This document shows, piece by piece, positions 20,624 through 31,588 of a DNA stretch of 64,000 nucleotides (position 1 is its first letter; every line of letters starts with the position of its first letter). The notes beneath the pieces are model-generated. The model was not told the DNA's origin. It searched no databases and was given only the letters and a program-made list of their open reading frames with translations. Origin of the DNA: an uncultured Acidobacteriota bacterium (GTDB taxonomy: Bacteria > Acidobacteriota > JAQAZP01); contig CAWIIB010000001.1 of assembly GCA_963836075.1 (NCBI GenBank), forward strand, positions 1,984,001 to 2,048,000, given 5' to 3'. Position numbers and translations under genes: made by a program.

Positions 20624-22852
20624 ATGGCGGATCGGCGGAACAGACGTCACGGTGCCCGGAAGCTGCTTCCACTGCTGCTGGTCCTGCTGCTCGGTGCGGC
20701 CTGGCCGGCAACGGCCCAGATCACCAACGGCGGATTCGAGACCGGCAGCCTCTCCGGCGGCTGGGTTACCGGCGGAGGCGACCGGGTGGAGGTGCTGGAA
20801 GGGGACGAGTTCAGACCGGACATCACCGCACCCGAGGGCGACTGGCTGGCGCTGCTCACCACCGGCCCCGGTGATATCTGGGGCGGTCCCAGCGGGGACT
20901 GGGACGGTAATGGCACCACCGACTACGACATGTCCACACTGAGCATCAGCTTCGACACCAGTGAGCCGGTGATGCTCAGTTTTCTCTGGGACTTCTTCAC
21001 CGCCGAAGAAGACCAGCCGGACCAGTACGACGACTATTTCATCGTCTCCCTCGACGGTGCAACGGTCCTGGCTCACAGTTCGTATCACCCGGGCGGGGGG
21101 TCGCCATTCCCGGACACACCTCCCTATGACGGCACCCGCTACCGGATCGACAGCAACGGCCAGGCGGACAACAACGATTTCCGCAGCGGCCGCTGCGGGG
21201 TGCAGCAGTTCCAGGTGACCATCGACACCCCCGGGACCCACACCCTGGTCTTTCTCATCGCCGACCAGGCCGATTCGCAATACGACAGCGGCCTGCTGAT
21301 CGACGACGTGTTTGTGGCGCCGCACACCGACCTCTGGATCACCAAGGACGACGGTGTGACAGTGGCCCTGCCCGGTCTGCCGCTGACCTATGTCATCACC
21401 GTGGGCAACGACGGCCCCAACGATGCGCCGGGCAGTCTGGTCACCGACATATTCCCGCCGGAACTGAACAACATCAGCTGGACCTGCGCCGCCACCGGCG
21501 GCGCCAGCTGCCCGGGGAGCGGCAGCGGCGACATCAACGAGCTGGTGGACCTGCCGGTGGGCTCCACGGTGACCTTCACCGTGGACACCACCGTCGATTC
21601 CGGCGCCTCGGGCACACTGAGCAATACCGCCACCGTGGATATCCCCCCCGGGATGTTCGACACCGACGACAGCAACAACAGCGCCACCGACACCGATTCC
21701 CTCGACCCCTCGCTGCTGCCGGTCCAGATAACCGATTCCAGCGGCGACAACGTGATCGTGAAGGACGGCGGGTGGCACTGGATCCCCATCGCCAACCACC
21801 AGGCCGCGCTCAGCGACAACGGAAGCGTCCTGGCCTTTGTCTCCAACGGCGACTTCACCGGGAACAATACCGATCTCGGATCCGAGATCTTTGTCCACAC
21901 CGACGGCGGGGATATCGAGCAGGTCACCGATGTCCCGGCGCCGGTGGCCTTTGACCACGCCGCAACCCCGGCCCTCTCGCGCAACGGACGCTGGCTGGTC
22001 TTCACCTCCACTGCCGACCTCACCGGCGGAAACCCGGACTGGAACCGCGAAGTCTTCCGCATGGACCGCAACAATGACAACGCGATAACGCAGGTCACCA
22101 GCACCACAACCGGAGAGCAGGGTAGCCCCACAGTGACGAACAACGGCCGGCGGATCTCCTTCACCACCACCGCATCCGACCTGATCAGCGGCTTCAATGC
22201 CGACGGCAACCAGGAGGTGGCGGTGTGGAACAACGGTGCGCTCCGCGGGTTCGAGTCCACGGGCTGCCACAACCACACACCGAGGATCAGCCGGCACAAC
22301 CAGGGGCGCTACGTGGCCTTCACCAGCAACGGCAACCTCACCGGGGACAACGCCGACATGAACAATGAGATCTTCCAGTGGCGCTGGGACCAGGGGGACA
22401 GCGGCATGAACCAGGTCACCGATTCCCAGGGCCTGCTCAACGATGTGGCCTGCACATCTCAGGACGGCAGCCTGCTGGCTTTTCTCTCCAACGCCGACTA
22501 CACCGGCCAGAACGGAGACAACAGTCTCGAGGTGTTCACCTGGGACCGCAACAGCGGCAACTTCACCCAGGTGACCGTCAGCAGCCAGCTGGTGCTGCAC
22601 ACCATGGTGGCCATGGACGACGATGAGGACTACCTGGCCGTGGAGCGGTTCAACATCCTCTCCGGCAGCTTCGAGATCCACCATATCGACCTGGGATCGG
22701 GCAGCTCCACCCTGGTGGTCAGCGGCGAGTCATTCCTGCCGACCATCGGAGTCAGCGGCTCGACAACGGTGGTGGCCTTCGAGTCGACGGAGGACTACGT
22801 GGGTCTGAACGGCGACGGGAACAGCGAAATCTGGATCGCCCGGGTGGAGTGA
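20624..22852 (+). CDS. Secreted DUF11 + TolB-like beta-propeller protein
   Basis: Signal peptide, NGGFETG domain, DLWITKDDG...YVITVGN...SNNSATD, repeated (A)FxSNxDxTGxNxDxNxEIF units. Confidence 0.8.
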   Translation: MADRRNRRHGARKLLPLLLVLLLGAAWPATAQITNGGFETGSLSGGWVTGGGDRVEVLEGDEFRPDITAPEGDWLALLTTGPGDIWGGPSGDWDGNGTTDYDMSTLSISFDTSEPVMLSFLWDFFTAEEDQPDQYDDYFIVSLDGATVLAHSSYHPGGGSPFPDTPPYDGTRYRIDSNGQADNNDFRSGRCGVQQFQVTIDTPGTHTLVFLIADQADSQYDSGLLIDDVFVAPHTDLWITKDDGVTVALPGLPLTYVITVGNDGPNDAPGSLVTDIFPPELNNISWTCAATGGASCPGSGSGDINELVDLPVGSTVTFTVDTTVDSGASGTLSNTATVDIPPGMFDTDDSNNSATDTDSLDPSLLPVQITDSSGDNVIVKDGGWHWIPIANHQAALSDNGSVLAFVSNGDFTGNNTDLGSEIFVHTDGGDIEQVTDVPAPVAFDHAATPALSRNGRWLVFTSTADLTGGNPDWNREVFRMDRNNDNAITQVTSTTTGEQGSPTVTNNGRRISFTTTASDLISGFNADGNQEVAVWNNGALRGFESTGCHNHTPRISRHNQGRYVAFTSNGNLTGDNADMNNEIFQWRWDQGDSGMNQVTDSQGLLNDVACTSQDGSLLAFLSNADYTGQNGDNSLEVFTWDRNSGNFTQVTVSSQLVLHTMVAMDDDEDYLAVERFNILSGSFEIHHIDLGSGSSTLVVSGESFLPTIGVSGSTTVVAFESTEDYVGLNGDGNSEIWIARVE

Positions 22853-22868
22853 ATGCTGGGGCTCGCGA

Positions 22869-24248
22869 TCAGCACTCGGTGATGTTGATGGCCAGCCCGC
22901 CGGTGGATGTCTCCTTGTACTTGGACATCATGTCGCGCCCGGTCTGCTGCATGGTGCTGATCACCTGGTCCAGGGTGACATAGGAACGGCCCTGACGGCT
23001 GAGGGCGATGCGCGAGGCGGTGATGGCTTTGACCGCCGCCATGGCGTTCCGCTCGATGCAGGGGATCTGGACCAGGCCGTCAAAGGGGTCGCAGGTCAGA
23101 CCCAGATTGTGCTCCATGCCGATCTCGGCGGCGCTCTCCACCTGCCGGTTGGTGCCGCCCAGAGCCTGGGTCAGACCGGCGGCGGCCATGGAGCAGGCCA
23201 CACCCACTTCACCCTGACAACCGACCTCGGCGCCAGATATGGAGGCGTTGGTCTTGAACAGCAGGCCGACGGCGCCGGCCGCGAGGAGAAAGTCGTGGGC
23301 GCCCGTGCGATCGGACCCGCGGATGAACTTCTCGTAGTAGCGCAGCACCGCCGGCACCACACCGGCGGCGCCATTGGTGGGGGCGGTGACCACGCGCCCG
23401 CCGGCGGCATTTTCCTCGTTGACCGCCAGGGCATAAAGCGCGACCCAGTCGAGAATGATCAGCGGGTCGGTGAAGGCGGCCTCGTTCTGCCGTTGCAGGG
23501 ACTGATACAGCTCCGGCGCCCGCCGCCGCACGCGCATACACCCGGGCAGTTCACCGCCCACCTCGAAGCCGCGCTCGATACAGGCCATCATGGCGCCGCG
23601 GATGCGGTCGAGGTCGTCCTCCACCCCTGAGCCGGGCTGGCGCGCGGCCTCGTTTTCAAAGACCAGCCGGGCCACGGACAGGTCGGCATCCTGAGCCACC
23701 TGGAGCATTTGGTCAGCCGCACTGAAGGGCCGCGGCACCGCTATGGGATGTTTGATCAGATTGTCCGCCTCGGCCGTCTTGTGGCCGACGATGAAACCAC
23801 CCCCGATGGAATAGAACTTCTTGACGAAGATGGTTTCGCCGGCACCGTCAAACACCGTGAAGCGCATGCCGTTGGGGTGGAAGGGCAGCAGCTCGTCGGG
23901 TTTGAAGACGATGTCCTCGCCGGGCGCAAAGGCGATGGTCTGTTCCCCGTCAAGGGCAAGCTTTCCGGAGGCGACGACGGCTTCAAAGAGCGGCGTCTGC
24001 TCGGCCGGCTCGATGGTCTCCGGGTCCTGGCCCAACAGACCCCAGACCAGTGCACGGTCGGTGTGGTGGCCCTTGCCCGTGGAGGCCAGTGAACCGAAAA
24101 GTTCAACCTGAATGCGGGCGACGCGCTGGAAAAGACCGTGGTTTTTCAGCTTGCGGCAGAGGAATTTGGCCGCCCGCATGGGGCCCACGGTGTGCGAGCT
24201 GGAGGGACCGATACCGATCTTGTACAGGTCGAAAATGCTGAGATTCAT
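22869..24248 (-). CDS. sdaA: L-serine ammonia-lyase (Fe-S dependent)
   Basis: [63 protein letters not shown]. Confidence 0.97.
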   Translation of the reverse strand: MNLSIFDLYKIGIGPSSSHTVGPMRAAKFLCRKLKNHGLFQRVARIQVELFGSLASTGKGHHTDRALVWGLLGQDPETIEPAEQTPLFEAVVASGKLALDGEQTIAFAPGEDIVFKPDELLPFHPNGMRFTVFDGAGETIFVKKFYSIGGGFIVGHKTAEADNLIKHPIAVPRPFSAADQMLQVAQDADLSVARLVFENEAARQPGSGVEDDLDRIRGAMMACIERGFEVGGELPGCMRVRRRAPELYQSLQRQNEAAFTDPLIILDWVALYALAVNEENAAGGRVVTAPTNGAAGVVPAVLRYYEKFIRGSDRTGAHDFLLAAGAVGLLFKTNASISGAEVGCQGEVGVACSMAAAGLTQALGGTNRQVESAAEIGMEHNLGLTCDPFDGLVQIPCIERNAMAAVKAITASRIALSRQGRSYVTLDQVISTMQQTGRDMMSKYKETSTGGLAINITEC

Positions 24249-24285
24249 CTGGGGAAGACGTCCTCTCTTTTGGTACTGGCCAGGT

Positions 24286-24768
24286 TCAAATCGAATGAAC
24301 CGTCTGGACGTCTCCCGTCCCCGGATCCGGAACACAGGTTCCCGCGGCGCTGCCGGTGTGCCCGGCCCGGTCCTGGAAGACCACCAGCGTATCCTGCTGC
24401 AGGTGCCGGATGATCCGGTCGGCCGCCTGCGGGTTGAGCGACCTCTTCAAGCCCGCCCGCACCACGGGCAGCATCTGCCGCAGGACTCGGTCAGCTTCCG
24501 TGGACGACGGCTCACTACGCCCGGCCTGGCTCGCATCCGCGACGGGTGCCGGGACCGGATCCAGGCCGTGGGCCTGCCGCCACTTGAGGATGGCGTCCAC
24601 AACACTTTGATCGATGCGGATGGTGAGGCGGGTGCCGCCACTGGCCGCCAGCACGTCTCCCGAGAGGGTGAAAAGCAGCAAAATGACTGCCAGCCAGGCC
24701 AGGTGAGAAGAACGTGCGGAACGATTCCTGACTGGAGAAATCCACCGAGGCAACCGGTCGAAACTCAT
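24286..24768 (-). CDS. Hypothetical exported/membrane protein
   Basis: GAGG RBS before ATG 24768; hydrophobic LAWLAVILLLFTLSGDVLA segment. Confidence 0.5.
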   Translation of the reverse strand: MSFDRLPRWISPVRNRSARSSHLAWLAVILLLFTLSGDVLAASGGTRLTIRIDQSVVDAILKWRQAHGLDPVPAPVADASQAGRSEPSSTEADRVLRQMLPVVRAGLKRSLNPQAADRIIRHLQQDTLVVFQDRAGHTGSAAGTCVPDPGTGDVQTVHSI

Positions 24769-24955
24769 GACCTCAACCTCCGTCAACAGATAGAGAGAGA
24801 CTCCTGCGACTCTCGTTGACGTGGGGGTTGATGAATTGAAACTACTATATTTGTTATGGCACTCGCCCGCGAGAATGCGGCCCGGGCCGAGATGTGCGAT
24901 AATAATACACGTTTTAACCGATCCCGTCGACAACAAACACAAAAGCCTGGCCACC

Positions 24956-27955
24956 ATGCCCCAGACCGCACAACGCCCCGTCCCCCTGCCCGCCGGTTAC
25001 GGCACCCTGGTGGCGGCGGCCGCCGGATTCTACAGCCTGGGGCTCCTCGCCCTGGCCGCCCCGCACACGGGGCCCGGGTTCCACTGGGACGGGAACATCA
25101 TTTCCCGGGCCGTGCTGCTGGCCTACCCCAAGGGACGTGAAACCGTCATCTATCTGCTGGCCTGCCTGCTGGTGCCGCTGTTCTCTTTCACCGCGGTGTG
25201 CATCTGGCGCCGCCTGGCCTCCCGCGGATCCCCCCGTCTGGATGCCCTGGCCCACCTGCCGCTGGCCGCCTGGGCCGGGTTTCTCTGCACCGGGCGCGGA
25301 CCGTTGTGGGCCTGGCTGCTGGGCGCCCTGCTGGCCCATCTGCTGCTGCGCCTGGCCCTGCTGACGGCCGGCCGCCGGGACGCACCACCAGCGGCGGAAC
25401 AGACCCTGACCGACGCTGCAGCCCCTGTGGATCTGGCCTGGTCCACGGCCTGGGCCCGTCTGATCCTCGCCGGCACCGCCTGCGGCCTGACCCTCTTCCC
25501 CCGGCTCGGCGCAGCCATGGACCCCAAGCTCGCCGCCATGAGCCGGACACTGCTCGGCACGGCACTGCTCATCACGCTCTGGCTGGTCCTGGCCGCCCTG
25601 CCCCTCCCCCGCGTGGGCCGGACACTGCGCCGGCGGGCCATAGCCCTCTCCTGGTGCTTTCTCCCGCTGGTCCTGCTGCTTCTGCGGCACTTCATGCCCT
25701 ACGACCGGACGCTCTTTCCCTGGCTCGCCGCGGCCGTCTTTTCCGCTTCGGTGGTCTGGCTGGCAGTTCAGCTGCTCCGCCGTCGCAACGAGGAGGCACC
25801 ACGGCCGGGACGCTTCCGGGGGTTCTGGTGGATCGTCGTGCCGCTGTCCATCTACGCCATCGGCTACATCCACGAGACCGCCGGCCGGGTGGACCTCTAT
25901 CACGAGGGGGAACGGATCGTGCCACCCATGGCCACCAGCCGCGGGGCGGTGCCCTACCGCGATGTCTTCCTCTGGCACGGGCTGTTCGAGAACGACCTCA
26001 AGGGACGGTTGGCCTTCGGGCTGGTGGAGGAGTCGGTGGCCGGCATGCGCCGTTTCGATGCGATCCTGGAACCGTTGGCCGCGGTGGCCTTTTTGCTGCT
26101 CGCCCGGGCCTGTCTCGGTTCACCGCTGGGCGGTCTGGCCGCGGTACTGCTCCTGTTGCACTGGGTGGCGCCACCCAATGTGCGCTACATTTTGCCCTAC
26201 CTCGCCTTTGCCCTGCTGGCCGGCTGGTTGCGGGACAGGGGACAGGACACGACCAGACCGGCCGCGGCTGGAGCACTGGCCGCACTGGCCGTCTTCCACA
26301 GTCTCGACGGGGGGATGGGCGCGCTGCTCTCCGCGGCGCTGATCCTCGGCTACGGGGCCCTCCGCTTCCCCCAGGGGAACCTCTACGACCGGGCCTCCCG
26401 GGCAGGAAAACAGGCCGGCGCGTTCATTGCCGGGGCCGCAGCCGGGGCGCTGGTCCCGCTCACCTGGTTGATGACCCAGGAAGCGCTGATTCCCTTTTTC
26501 CGGGTGAGCAGCGAGATCGTCTTTGGCCTCTCCGACCGTTCTTCCCATCCCTACGCCACCCTGATGCCGGTACTGGGGCAGCCGGCCAAAATGTTGGTCA
26601 CCTATCTGCCGGCCATGGTGATCCTCTGGGGGCTGGGCCACCTGGCGTCGCGCAGCCCGGCCTGGAGTCTGCGCCGGGCCGTGCCCGCGCTGGCCGTGCC
26701 GCTGGCCGGGGCGCTGGTCTTCTACCGTGCCGTGATCCGCCGGCCGGACATGGACCACGTGATCAAAATGACCCCGCTGATCTTCCTCGTCCTGCTGATG
26801 CTCATCGTGCACCACGGAGCGGGGCTGTTCGCCGCCCGCGGCAGGCCGGCACGCCGGGCACTGTCACTGGCCGCGCTGGTGCCGTTGACCGGTCTGCTGG
26901 TCCTCCTCGGGCTGTACCAGGCGGAGACCGCGCCGGGCCGCTCGATTCAGGCACTGAAGCGCGAACCGCCGCTGATCTCCGGACCGGACGAACCGATGCG
27001 TGAACTGCGCTTGGATCGCGCCGGGTACGGGGTGGCCGACGTGGAGCACTCGGCCCGCTGGATCGAAGGCGTGACCGGCTTCCTGCACCGGCACCTCGAC
27101 CCGGGGGAGCCGTTCTATGACTTCACCAACATGGGGCTGTTCTATTTCCTCGCCGACCGGCCCTGTCCCACCCGCTATGTCCAGACCACCTACGCCGCCT
27201 CCCTCGAAGCCCAACAGGAGGTGGTGGCTGACCTCCAGGAGCAGCGGCCCCGCTTTGTCACCTTCCCCTCGGGAAACATGCGGAAATACGACTACGACCG
27301 GATCCTCCACCCGCTGCGCCAGCCCTTGATCACGCGCCACCTCTACCGGCACTACCGGCCGTTCACCGTGATCGGCGACACGATTTTGCTGGTCCGCGAA
27401 GATGAGCCGGGGCATCCGCGCACCGAGGAGCTGGAGGTCTTCCTCGAACACGAGTCCTTTGCCTCGCACCTGGGCCAGTTGCCGCGGCTCTTCGCCCGGA
27501 CACCGGTGAGCCACGCCACGGTACGGGAGTGGGGCGCTGCCGCCATCGCCAAACAGTGGCGCCGCCGCGGTCCGGTCCGGACCGCCTCACGGGTGGAGGG
27601 GGAGAGCTTTGTCTTCACCACCGGCAATCATGCCAGGCAGCCGCGGCTCACCTCCCCGCCCCTGGACCTCGACCCGGCCGCCGCCGACGCCCTGGTCCTC
27701 CGCCTCTCCGCCGACGAAGACCTGGAAGTGGACATCCACTACCGTCCGGCGACCGACGTTCATTTCACCAACCGGGCCCGGGTCTCCTTCGTCGTCACCG
27801 GAGACGGTACGGCCCGCGACTACCGGGTGGACCTGGGCCTGATGCCCAACTGGGCCTGGCGCGGCCCGGTGGCCGCGATCCAGATCCGGATCAAGGAGAA
27901 AGCCGGCCCCCTGCGCATCGAACGGATCAGCCTGATCAGGTTTGCCGCGGAGTAG
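24956..27955 (+). CDS. Large polytopic membrane protein, GT-C-like glycosyltransferase with C-terminal periplasmic domain
   Basis: Many TM helices; DLYHEGE...GAVPYRDVFLWHG loop; YFLADRPCPTRY; beta-rich C-domain. Confidence 0.65.
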   Translation: MPQTAQRPVPLPAGYGTLVAAAAGFYSLGLLALAAPHTGPGFHWDGNIISRAVLLAYPKGRETVIYLLACLLVPLFSFTAVCIWRRLASRGSPRLDALAHLPLAAWAGFLCTGRGPLWAWLLGALLAHLLLRLALLTAGRRDAPPAAEQTLTDAAAPVDLAWSTAWARLILAGTACGLTLFPRLGAAMDPKLAAMSRTLLGTALLITLWLVLAALPLPRVGRTLRRRAIALSWCFLPLVLLLLRHFMPYDRTLFPWLAAAVFSASVVWLAVQLLRRRNEEAPRPGRFRGFWWIVVPLSIYAIGYIHETAGRVDLYHEGERIVPPMATSRGAVPYRDVFLWHGLFENDLKGRLAFGLVEESVAGMRRFDAILEPLAAVAFLLLARACLGSPLGGLAAVLLLLHWVAPPNVRYILPYLAFALLAGWLRDRGQDTTRPAAAGALAALAVFHSLDGGMGALLSAALILGYGALRFPQGNLYDRASRAGKQAGAFIAGAAAGALVPLTWLMTQEALIPFFRVSSEIVFGLSDRSSHPYATLMPVLGQPAKMLVTYLPAMVILWGLGHLASRSPAWSLRRAVPALAVPLAGALVFYRAVIRRPDMDHVIKMTPLIFLVLLMLIVHHGAGLFAARGRPARRALSLAALVPLTGLLVLLGLYQAETAPGRSIQALKREPPLISGPDEPMRELRLDRAGYGVADVEHSARWIEGVTGFLHRHLDPGEPFYDFTNMGLFYFLADRPCPTRYVQTTYAASLEAQQEVVADLQEQRPRFVTFPSGNMRKYDYDRILHPLRQPLITRHLYRHYRPFTVIGDTILLVREDEPGHPRTEELEVFLEHESFASHLGQLPRLFARTPVSHATVREWGAAAIAKQWRRRGPVRTASRVEGESFVFTTGNHARQPRLTSPPLDLDPAAADALVLRLSADEDLEVDIHYRPATDVHFTNRARVSFVVTGDGTARDYRVDLGLMPNWAWRGPVAAIQIRIKEKAGPLRIERISLIRFAAE

Positions 27956-27981
27956 AACCGTTCTCGTTTCCAGATGTACAC

Positions 27982-28023
27982 AAAAAGCGGGACGAAACAC
28001 CGGCCGGCACCCCATCCCGCTTT
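27982..28023. terminator. Possible bidirectional terminator between convergent genes
   Basis: AAAAAGCGGGA ... TCCCGCTTT arms with a long loop. Confidence 0.5.
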
Positions 28024-28045
28024 GATATACGAATCGGCTACAAGC

Positions 28046-28312
28046 CTACCACCGCTGGGACCGCTCCTCCCGCGGGCGGGCTTCGTTGACCCGGATGTTG
28101 CGGCCGCCGAGATCGGTGCCGTCCAGTTCCTGGATCGCCTTGTCGGCGCCCTCGTCGTCCATCTCCACGAAACCGAAGCCGCGGGGGCGGCCGGTGTCGC
28201 GGTCGGTGATCAGTCTCACCGACTCGACGGTGCCATACTGGGAAAACAGTTCGCTAACATCACCTTCGGAAGAGGTGAAGGGGAGATTGCCGATATAGAG
28301 ATTCTTGGACAT
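28046..28312 (-). CDS. RRM (RNP-1) RNA-binding protein
   Basis: RNP2 LYIGNL, RNP1 RGFGFVEM, GRNIRVNEARPR. Confidence 0.95.
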   Translation of the reverse strand: MSKNLYIGNLPFTSSEGDVSELFSQYGTVESVRLITDRDTGRPRGFGFVEMDDEGADKAIQELDGTDLGGRNIRVNEARPREERSQRW

Positions 28313-28654
28313 TGTTCTCGCTTCCTTGAAAAAAATACGCTGTCTTCATCCAGCCGGAAGCAGCGAGGCTGCCGGCTGCTCACTCTACCTGCGCTGGTTC
28401 TCCTTTCCGAGCACGCCCGACCTCAGCCGCCCACGGGTCCACGGATCATGGCCAAGACGACACCTTGTTGGGACAGGGGTCCGGGCCGGGCACCGCCCCC
28501 GGTGTCGTCGCCGCACGGTCTCTGGATTCGCAGCCGGGAAGAGCAAGGAGGGATTGGCGTCGCCTCGTTCTCTGCGTGCATCGGACCGGGAAGTCAGAAG
28601 ACCTGATTGCCAATGTGCCGGTGGAGACTCACCGCCTCCCCGAGCGTCAAGAAA

Positions 28655-28683
28655 AGAATAGGACATCTCAGGTCCGCAGTCAA
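28655..28683 (-). promoter_or_regulatory. Sigma70-type promoter ~340 nt upstream of the RRM gene
   Basis: TTGACT-17 nt-TATTCT on the minus strand. Confidence 0.6.
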
Positions 28684-28697
28684 TCACCTCCAGCAGC

Positions 28698-30473
28698 TCA
28701 GGGCGCCACCCCGGTAACCGTGCAGACCGCGCTGGCCGTGTCGCCGGCCGGCGGGTAAGGCGGCTGGTTGTAAGGCGCCACGGTGATGTCCTCCACCGAG
28801 AGGGTGAAGACGTTGTTCCCCACCACCGACCCCAGGGCCGGGATGGTGGTGTTCCACACCGCATCGTAGCTTGCTCCGGCAGCCACATTGGTCCACCCGG
28901 CCCGCCAGGAGCCGAAGGAGGCGCCGCCGGCCAGGGCCACATCCATCCGCCCGGCGATCCTTCTGGACTGCCCGCTGTACAGGTTCCCCAGGCTGACAGT
29001 CATCTGGGTGGTGAAAGGCACGGTGCCCGCAGACGGCAGGCAGGTCAGCGACGCCGCGACCGTGTCAGTCACCGCCGGCCGCAGACCGGCCACCTCGGCC
29101 AGGGTGGCGGCACAGGCCTGGGAGATCTCGTAGCCGATGTGGGCCGTGGCCGCCACATTGGCCCAGGTGTCCGAGGTCTGGTGGTAGTGGGGGTAGGAAC
29201 CCCAGTCCCAGTCGATGGCCAGGAAGGCCGGGATGCCCGCCTGCTGGAAGGGCACGTGGTCGCTGCCCCAGCTGTAGTAGTCCTTGCGGCTGCTCAGCGT
29301 GGTGTAGTCGGCCACCGCGTCCTCCATCACGCTCATCAGTGCCTCCCACTCGGTCTCGCCCTCGATGAGCACCCCGTAGTGCGAGCTGTAATAGGTCACC
29401 ATGTCGGCAGTGATCGCCGAGACGATCACCCGGCCGGCGGCGATGGCCTCGTCGACGAAGTGCTCGCTGCCGTTGAGACCCTGCTCTTCGCAGTCGAAGA
29501 GCACGAACTGCACCGAACGGTCGAAGTCGTAACCCGCGGCCATCCGTGCGATCTCCATCACCAGGCAGGAGCCCGACCCGTTGTCCTCGGCCCCCGGGGC
29601 CAGGGTGGACGCCTGGGGACTGGTGGAGTCGTAGTGCGCTCCCAGCACCACGTACTCGTCAGGGGTGGTCACACCGGTTTTCGTGGCCACCACATTGCGG
29701 CAGGGCTGGCCGTTGAAATAGAAGCTCTCGAACTCCACGGTGTAGCCGTAGTCTTCCAGTATCCCGAAGAGATAGTCCCCCACCAGGTTTTTGGCGGTGG
29801 TGGAGTAGTAGCGCGTGCTCACCGAGTGCCAGTTGCCGTTGTACCAGAAACTGGCGGCCCCGGTGATCTCCTGCAGCATCAACTGGAAGGCCGACTCGTC
29901 ACCTTCGGCCAGAAAGGCGGCCACGTCCACCGGATCGGCCAGCCGGCTGCCGCCGGTACGGCCCACCGATTCTGTCAGCCGTTCCCCGTAGCCCTCCCAG
30001 CCGGCCGGCGGCGGGTCAAGGGGGATGCGCTGCATCCGGAACTGCTGGCCCGGGAAATCGTCCAGCGCACCAGCCGGCACCTCCAGCAGGGCAAAACCGC
30101 CATCCCGGAGATGCACCATCCCGAACTGCTCCAGACTCCTGATGGTTGTCATCTGGGGCTCGCTCCCCGCCCGCAAGGGCCTCGCATCCACCAGGAACCA
30201 CTGGCTCCGCGGGTAGGCCGCAACAAAGGGTTCGCCGGAAACCACTGCCCCGCTCTCCCCCAGGCGGTCGGCCAGCAACAGGCCGCCGGGCAAATCCCAG
30301 GCGAGCAGGGCCACCGACGGCTCGAGGGCGAGCTTCTCCACCGCTCCGGCGCGGTCAAGGCCGGGCAGGTATGAGATGCCTGAGGCCGAGGCCACGGCCG
30401 GAATCAGCAGGATCAGGGCGGACAGGACGACCACCGGCACTGCGGCCGGGAACGGGATACGACGTTGGAACAT
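28698..30473 (-). CDS. Secreted M28 peptidase with C-terminal NQPPY domain
   Basis: Signal peptide; GAHYDS, GAEDNGSG, EEQGL, SDH, YHQTSD. Confidence 0.9.
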   Translation of the reverse strand: MFQRRIPFPAAVPVVVLSALILLIPAVASASGISYLPGLDRAGAVEKLALEPSVALLAWDLPGGLLLADRLGESGAVVSGEPFVAAYPRSQWFLVDARPLRAGSEPQMTTIRSLEQFGMVHLRDGGFALLEVPAGALDDFPGQQFRMQRIPLDPPPAGWEGYGERLTESVGRTGGSRLADPVDVAAFLAEGDESAFQLMLQEITGAASFWYNGNWHSVSTRYYSTTAKNLVGDYLFGILEDYGYTVEFESFYFNGQPCRNVVATKTGVTTPDEYVVLGAHYDSTSPQASTLAPGAEDNGSGSCLVMEIARMAAGYDFDRSVQFVLFDCEEQGLNGSEHFVDEAIAAGRVIVSAITADMVTYYSSHYGVLIEGETEWEALMSVMEDAVADYTTLSSRKDYYSWGSDHVPFQQAGIPAFLAIDWDWGSYPHYHQTSDTWANVAATAHIGYEISQACAATLAEVAGLRPAVTDTVAASLTCLPSAGTVPFTTQMTVSLGNLYSGQSRRIAGRMDVALAGGASFGSWRAGWTNVAAGASYDAVWNTTIPALGSVVGNNVFTLSVEDITVAPYNQPPYPPAGDTASAVCTVTGVAP

Positions 30474-30852
30474 GGTACTCCTCGTGAAATCAGATAAGGG
30501 GCAAGGCAACCAGGCAGGAACAACCACGGCGGCGAAACTGCCTTTCCATACTATAGGTCCTGAAATCGACTCAGTCCACAAACGCGCCTGCTATTAATGG
30601 GGTGGGTGCGGCCGCTCGGGGATACTCCCCAAGCAGCCGCACCGGAACCTTGAGAGCTCCTCCTATCCATATTATACCTTGCGATTTTATATGAATTGAT
30701 AAATCTCGCAACCGAACCTCCCCCGGCATGGCAGATTCTGAATTTTTCGCCCCTGTCTCGTCCCGATACCGTTAATCGGGTATAATTGATGGTCAATAGT
30801 CGAATCCGGAACAGGTATAAACCGAACGTACCACTTCCCCTTTGAGGTCACC

Positions 30853-31491
30853 ATGCGACTGCTGTTGTCGATACTGGTTCTGGTTCTGCTCAATCCCCTG
30901 GCCGCTTTTGCCGGCTGCGCACCGCAAAAGATGGTCAAGATCACCTTCCGTGACGCCACTCCCGGCTACGAGAAGGGCGACTTCGCCACGCAGCCCAAGA
31001 CCCTCTACCGCTGGGGTTCCCATTTCGCCCGGCTGGAGGAGCAGCCCGACCTGGAGAACGGCGTCCATGCCCTGGTGGTGGTCAACAACCGTGACACCTG
31101 GATGGTCAACAGGGCAGCCAGGACGGGCCGGCACATCGTGGACCGGGCCGAGACCTTTGACTTCCATGCCCCGCTGGTGGGCAGTCACGACAGCCCCTTT
31201 GCCGAGTTCGAGTTCGGCTGTGAACTGGCCTACATGCAAGAGAGGGGAGTCGAACCGACATCGGTCATCATCGCCGACCTCACACTGCTGCAGTATGAGT
31301 ATTCAACAGGAGGTGCGCTGACCATCCGGTTGATGATCGATCCCCAGACCCGTCACCCGTGGGCCGTGGCAGTGATCGAGCGGGGTCAGCCCGTCTACTT
31401 GCTACGCTACGTATCCTACGAAACCGGCCTGGAGCCGGATATGGACCTCTTCACCAAACCTGCCGAAATTGAGTGGGAAGCGTCCGAGTAG
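30853..31491 (+). CDS. Secreted hypothetical protein
   Basis: GAGG RBS; signal peptide MRLLLSILVLVLLNPLAAFA; ends DLFTKP (reminiscent of LolA-like folds, weak). Confidence 0.7.
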   Translation: MRLLLSILVLVLLNPLAAFAGCAPQKMVKITFRDATPGYEKGDFATQPKTLYRWGSHFARLEEQPDLENGVHALVVVNNRDTWMVNRAARTGRHIVDRAETFDFHAPLVGSHDSPFAEFEFGCELAYMQERGVEPTSVIIADLTLLQYEYSTGGALTIRLMIDPQTRHPWAVAVIERGQPVYLLRYVSYETGLEPDMDLFTKPAEIEWEASE

Positions 31492-31588
31492 CGTAGACTG
31501 GTTGCCGCCACCACGTTTGACAACATCGGCAAAACCTGCTTCCCTGAAGAAAGCTCGTAGCACAGAAGTTCCCACCGGAGGTTGTACA

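Noticed and set aside
20570-22684. Long antisense ORFs (also 9750-11234, 42156-43673, 45422-46984, 57096-58691, 59284-61458)
   Set aside because: Shadows of GC-rich genes on the opposite strand; no motifs, and the sense ORFs have clear ones
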